A stretch of DNA of 64,000 bases from an uncultured Nitrososphaerales archaeon. Lineage in GTDB: Archaea > Thermoproteota > Nitrososphaeria > Nitrososphaerales > Nitrososphaeraceae. The notes beneath the pieces are model-generated. The model was given only the letters and a program-made list of their open reading frames with translations. It searched no databases and had not been told where the DNA came from. Positions 60,602-64,000 of this stretch are shown here, piece by piece. The stretch lies in contig CAVPXM010000055.1 in assembly GCA_963709405.1 (NCBI GenBank), positions 391,656 through 455,655 on the forward strand, written 5' to 3'. A program made the position numbers and the translations under genes. Every line of letters begins with the position of its first letter. Position 1 is the first letter of the stretch.

Positions 60602-61076
60602 TCCGCGACATCTTGAGGTCGGACTCGAACTGCCCGCGACGCCGGGGAGCTACGCGGTCTCCTTTTGCCGGTATTTCGGCAACCACACGCGTCTCATGTA
60701 CGGCCGGGGAGTAGATTTCCAGGATCTCGAGGTCGTCAGAGCAAGCCATCTCGTTGTGCACGATGCCCGGCGGCTGCAGCACGCAGTCGCCCGCGCGGAA
60801 CGTGAGCTCGCCCTCCTGGCCCTCATAGATGAAGCGGACCCAGCCCTTCAGCACGTAGAACATCTGGAAGTCGCATAGATGTTGGTGCAGGCCGGTGGTG
60901 TGCATGTCCTGATCACCCGTGTGATCGCTCTTCACCCGCACGACGTGGGCACGGAACTCACCGTGAGTCGCGTTATCGACGCCAAGATCGCGGTATTCCA
61001 GAAACTCGCGTAGCCCGTTCTTGTACACGCCGTCCTTGGCATAGCTCACCGAGAATTTCTGCTTTTCCTTGCTCAT
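60579..61076 (-). CDS. Cupin domain protein
   Basis: GLREFLEYRDLG, GLHQH.CDFQMFYVLKGW, QPPGIVHNE. Confidence 0.85.
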   Translation of the reverse strand: MSKEKQKFSVSYAKDGVYKNGLREFLEYRDLGVDNATHGEFRAHVVRVKSDHTGDQDMHTTGLHQHLCDFQMFYVLKGWVRFIYEGQEGELTFRAGDCVLQPPGIVHNEMACSDDLEILEIYSPAVHETRVVAEIPAKGDRVAPRRRGQFESDLKMSRIRQRARH

Positions 61077-61381
61077 GATTCTTCTCCTCTCGTTCGTGGT
61101 TCGTACGTGCGTGCCGGAGCGGATATCCCGCGTTATCCATAGCGTAGCGCCGAAACAGAAACCGGGTCAAATCAGGATGGGAGCGAGCTTAAGCTGCAGG
61201 GCGGCGGGGTCACCCATTGCCCGAGATATGCAGCACTCAGATTGTTCAGTCCGCCCCTCTTTTCACCCAAATATCAAAGGGCCTGCCCCGAACATCAAGC
61301 GACCGGCACGCCCGCTTCAAGCCCGCGCTTAGCGCGCGATAGCACGACAAATAGCGGGTCAATCAAGCTCAAAAGGAGTAG

Positions 61382-61687
61382 TCATATTTTCGGAGCTGAC
61401 CAGTCCGCGCGAATCACCCATCCCGCCAAGCGGCCGAGACAGTCCGAGAGATCGAACAAGCCAAAGAAAATGGAAAAGGCTGCTATCGAAAGCATAAACA
61501 TCGCCAGATAGCCTGGACCACTGCCGTAGAACAACAGATTCATTAATACCTCGAAGCTCATGACGGTCCGGGGATCGGTGAAGAAAATGCGTCGATATTG
61601 GGCCAATACGCGCCACGCCAACAATGCCAGGACCAGCCCGACCACTAGCAAGGCTAGAGACGTCGCCCAATCGAAGAAGGAAGGCAT
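61382..61687 (-). CDS. Small membrane protein, lower GC than flanks
   Basis: Hydrophobic segments; 101 aa. Confidence 0.5.
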   Translation of the reverse strand: MPSFFDWATSLALLVVGLVLALLAWRVLAQYRRIFFTDPRTVMSFEVLMNLLFYGSGPGYLAMFMLSIAAFSIFFGLFDLSDCLGRLAGWVIRADWSAPKI

Positions 61688-61880
61688 CTTTGAGCGCTAA
61701 TGTCCCGATTGAGCAGGCGCTGAGGAGTGAAGAGACGGGGGAAGGTAGTGAGTGCCCGTTGCTCAGGCGTTTGCGAGTGGCTCAGTGTTTTCTCTTGAAG
61801 GTCTGCTTTGCTGGTCAAACGTCGCTTGAACGGACGCGCGTCGTCCCATGGCACCTGCCGCTGGAACGCCCGCAGCGTTC

Positions 61881-62376
61881 TTATTTTCGATCGATGAGCC
61901 GATTAAGCTTGTATTGTAGATATAGCACGTGGAAGAAAAAGGTCAGCAGGCCACCGATCCAGTATCTATCTCCTTGCTTGGACGCAAAGTGCTCATTCAG
62001 CAGGTTGCGCAGCATGAACACCCAAACCAGGATGACGATGTTGCAGATCAGCCCGATGATTCTTGATATTGCGCTCACGCCCAAATCGTCGGGATAGATG
62101 CCCTGCAATAGATCTGCAGCGATACTCGCCACCAGCAGTCCAGCCGCTGCGAACGCCAGACCGATGGGAATCGCCCCGGAAGGGAGGATGCGGTTCAAAA
62201 TCCTGGTACGTGTGTAGAGCCAATATATTGGATAGATACCAACTGTAGTGAGCGTGAGCAGAAGCACCCACCAGGTGCTGAAACGTGGGAACGCTCCCCA
62301 CCGTCGTTACGTACGACGAGACGTCCACGTTCGCCTTCGGCGGGGCATAGGGGTTCATCGTAAGCTGGTTGGCCAT
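61881..62376 (-). CDS. DUF4234-like membrane protein with an N-terminal NPYAPP motif (frameshift near 62295)
   Basis: NPYAPPKANV; LLLTLTTVGIYPIYWLY; LYLQYKLN; RBS GGAGG. Confidence 0.7.
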
Positions 62377-62679
62377 CGTGCCCTCCAAGGATCGTCAACG
62401 CTAACTTAACTCCTCGAGTTCGCCCCGCAAATATGCGGAACGGCATAGGGGGCACTCGGCGCACGACAATGCTCTTAGAGAGAGGGATGACCGCGGACTT
62501 CGCTGTAAGGCCGGATCTACAGTACGTCTATTCTCAGCCACCGCTTCGCAGCGCGAATCGCTTGCCAGCGGCAGCGTTTTCAAATGTGGAGCTGGCGCTG
62601 TCAAATGAGTGCCCGAGACCAAGCGTTCAGTGCATCATAGGGCCGTGGCTAGTCGCGCGCATTGGAGGAGGAGTTGAAG

Positions 62680-64000
62680 ATGACTGCGTCTCGATTCAAC
62701 CGACGGCGTTTTGAAAGCCTCCGCAGCGGCGTCTGCGGCCGCGGCCGCTGCACCGTACATCCAGACTTCTCACGCAGCTGGCTCGCTCAGCGTTGGATTT
62801 TGGGATCATTGGGTGCCGGGGGCCAACGCCGTCCTCGACCAAACTTTGTAACTGGTGAGATCGAGGAAAAGGTCGATCTCAAGATCGACTATCTTCCTGA
62901 TCAGAAGCTCGTCCTCACGGGCTTCACGGAGGCGCAGGCGAAGTCGGGTCACGATATTCTCGCGCTCCCAACCTGGTTCGCGTCCGCTCAGGCTAGCAAT
63001 CTGGAACCGGTCGACGACATCATGGAGACGTTGATCGCAGACAACGGCAACGTCCTCGCGGCCGTTGAATACTTGGGCAAGCAGAGTGGACACTGGATAG
63101 GCGTGCCTGCCACGCCGAGTAGCCAGATGACGACTCCGTGCGCGCGCATCGATCTGTTCAAGCAGTATGTCGGGCTCGATATCACCAAGATGTACCCGCC
63201 GGAAGCGCCACCAGACAAGACGCTCACAGATCAGTGGACCTGGGACACGTTCTTGGTCGCGGCCGAGAAATGCTTCACTGCAGGCTATCCGTTTGGCCTG
63301 GGCCTCGGACAAACTGGCGACTCGGTCGACTGGGTCAGTGCGTTGTTCGCCTCGTACGGCGCGGAATTGGTGGACGCCAAGGGCAACGTGACGGTCAACT
63401 CGGATGCGACCAGGCAGGTATTGGAATACATGAAGCAGCTCGTGCCATTCCTGCCGCGCGACGTGTTCACCTGGGATGACGCCTCCAACAACAAGTGGCT
63501 CATCGCGGGGAAAGGCGCGCTGATAATGAACCCGCCTAGCGCTTGGGCGGTGGCCAAGCGCGACAATCCGAAGTTGGCAGAGTTACTGTCGGGACGTTAC
63601 CATCCCCAAAGGACCGAAAGGTCGTTATCGGCCAGCGCGGCCCAGCTTCTGGGGTATCTGGAAGTTTTCCAGCAACAAAGCCGCTGCGAAGAGCTTGCTC
63701 AGACATCTCTCGCAACGTTCGTCGGTGGAGCAGTTGGTCGCGGCGAGTGGTGGCTATGACATCCCTACCTTTTCGGGTCTGCAGAATTTCAAGATCTGGG
63801 CAGAAGAAGGGCCGCCCAAAGGAACCCTCTACCACTACCCGCCGGCACCCGATCAGACCGTTTGGATCTCGGGCTTACCTGCGCCACCCCCGATCGCTGC
63901 CCAGATCTACACGCAGGCTACGATTACGAAGATGATCGCGAGGTACGCACAGAGCGGCGAGTCGATGAACAAGACCCTGGCTTGGGCGGCTTCGGAGCTC
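62680..64000 (+). CDS. ABC transporter extracellular solute-binding protein (family 1, Tat-type signal); frameshifted and runs off the window
   Basis: RBS GGAGGAGG; FNRRRF; VGFWDHWVPGAN; WDDASNNKWLIAGKGALIMNPPSAWAVAKRD. Confidence 0.85.

Overview
The window joins two unrelated genomes at about nt 38632. Left part (1-38632, AT-rich): chromosome of a Nitrososphaera-like ammonia-oxidising archaeon. It holds two uracil-DNA glycosylases, thiolase plus DUF35, rps26e, NAD kinase, pyrG, cdc6, trpB/trpC and a split metH. It also holds a GcvH/LbpA-TusA fusion and an unusual cluster (two ATP-grasp ligases, PHP, BshC-like protein, PIG-L deacetylase, NDP-sugar dehydrogenase). It ends in an integrative element beside tRNA-Arg(GCG): an intact tyrosine integrase, a fragment of a second integrase, an AbrB-like gene and a replication ATPase. 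Right part (38633-64000, GC-rich): Proteobacteria-like, probably betaproteobacterial. It holds a sulfatase, an astacin-like peptidase, acyl-CoA dehydrogenase with LysR, a repeat-bearing transglutaminase-like protein, two LLM oxidoreductases and MITE/REP elements. It also holds an 8-GAF hybrid kinase-Hpt-REC/cyclase relay and two possible decayed integron cassettes. The junction cuts a gene on each side, and single-base frameshifts occur throughout, so a long-read chimera is the most likely explanation. All family calls come from motif recognition by eye; no database searches were run.
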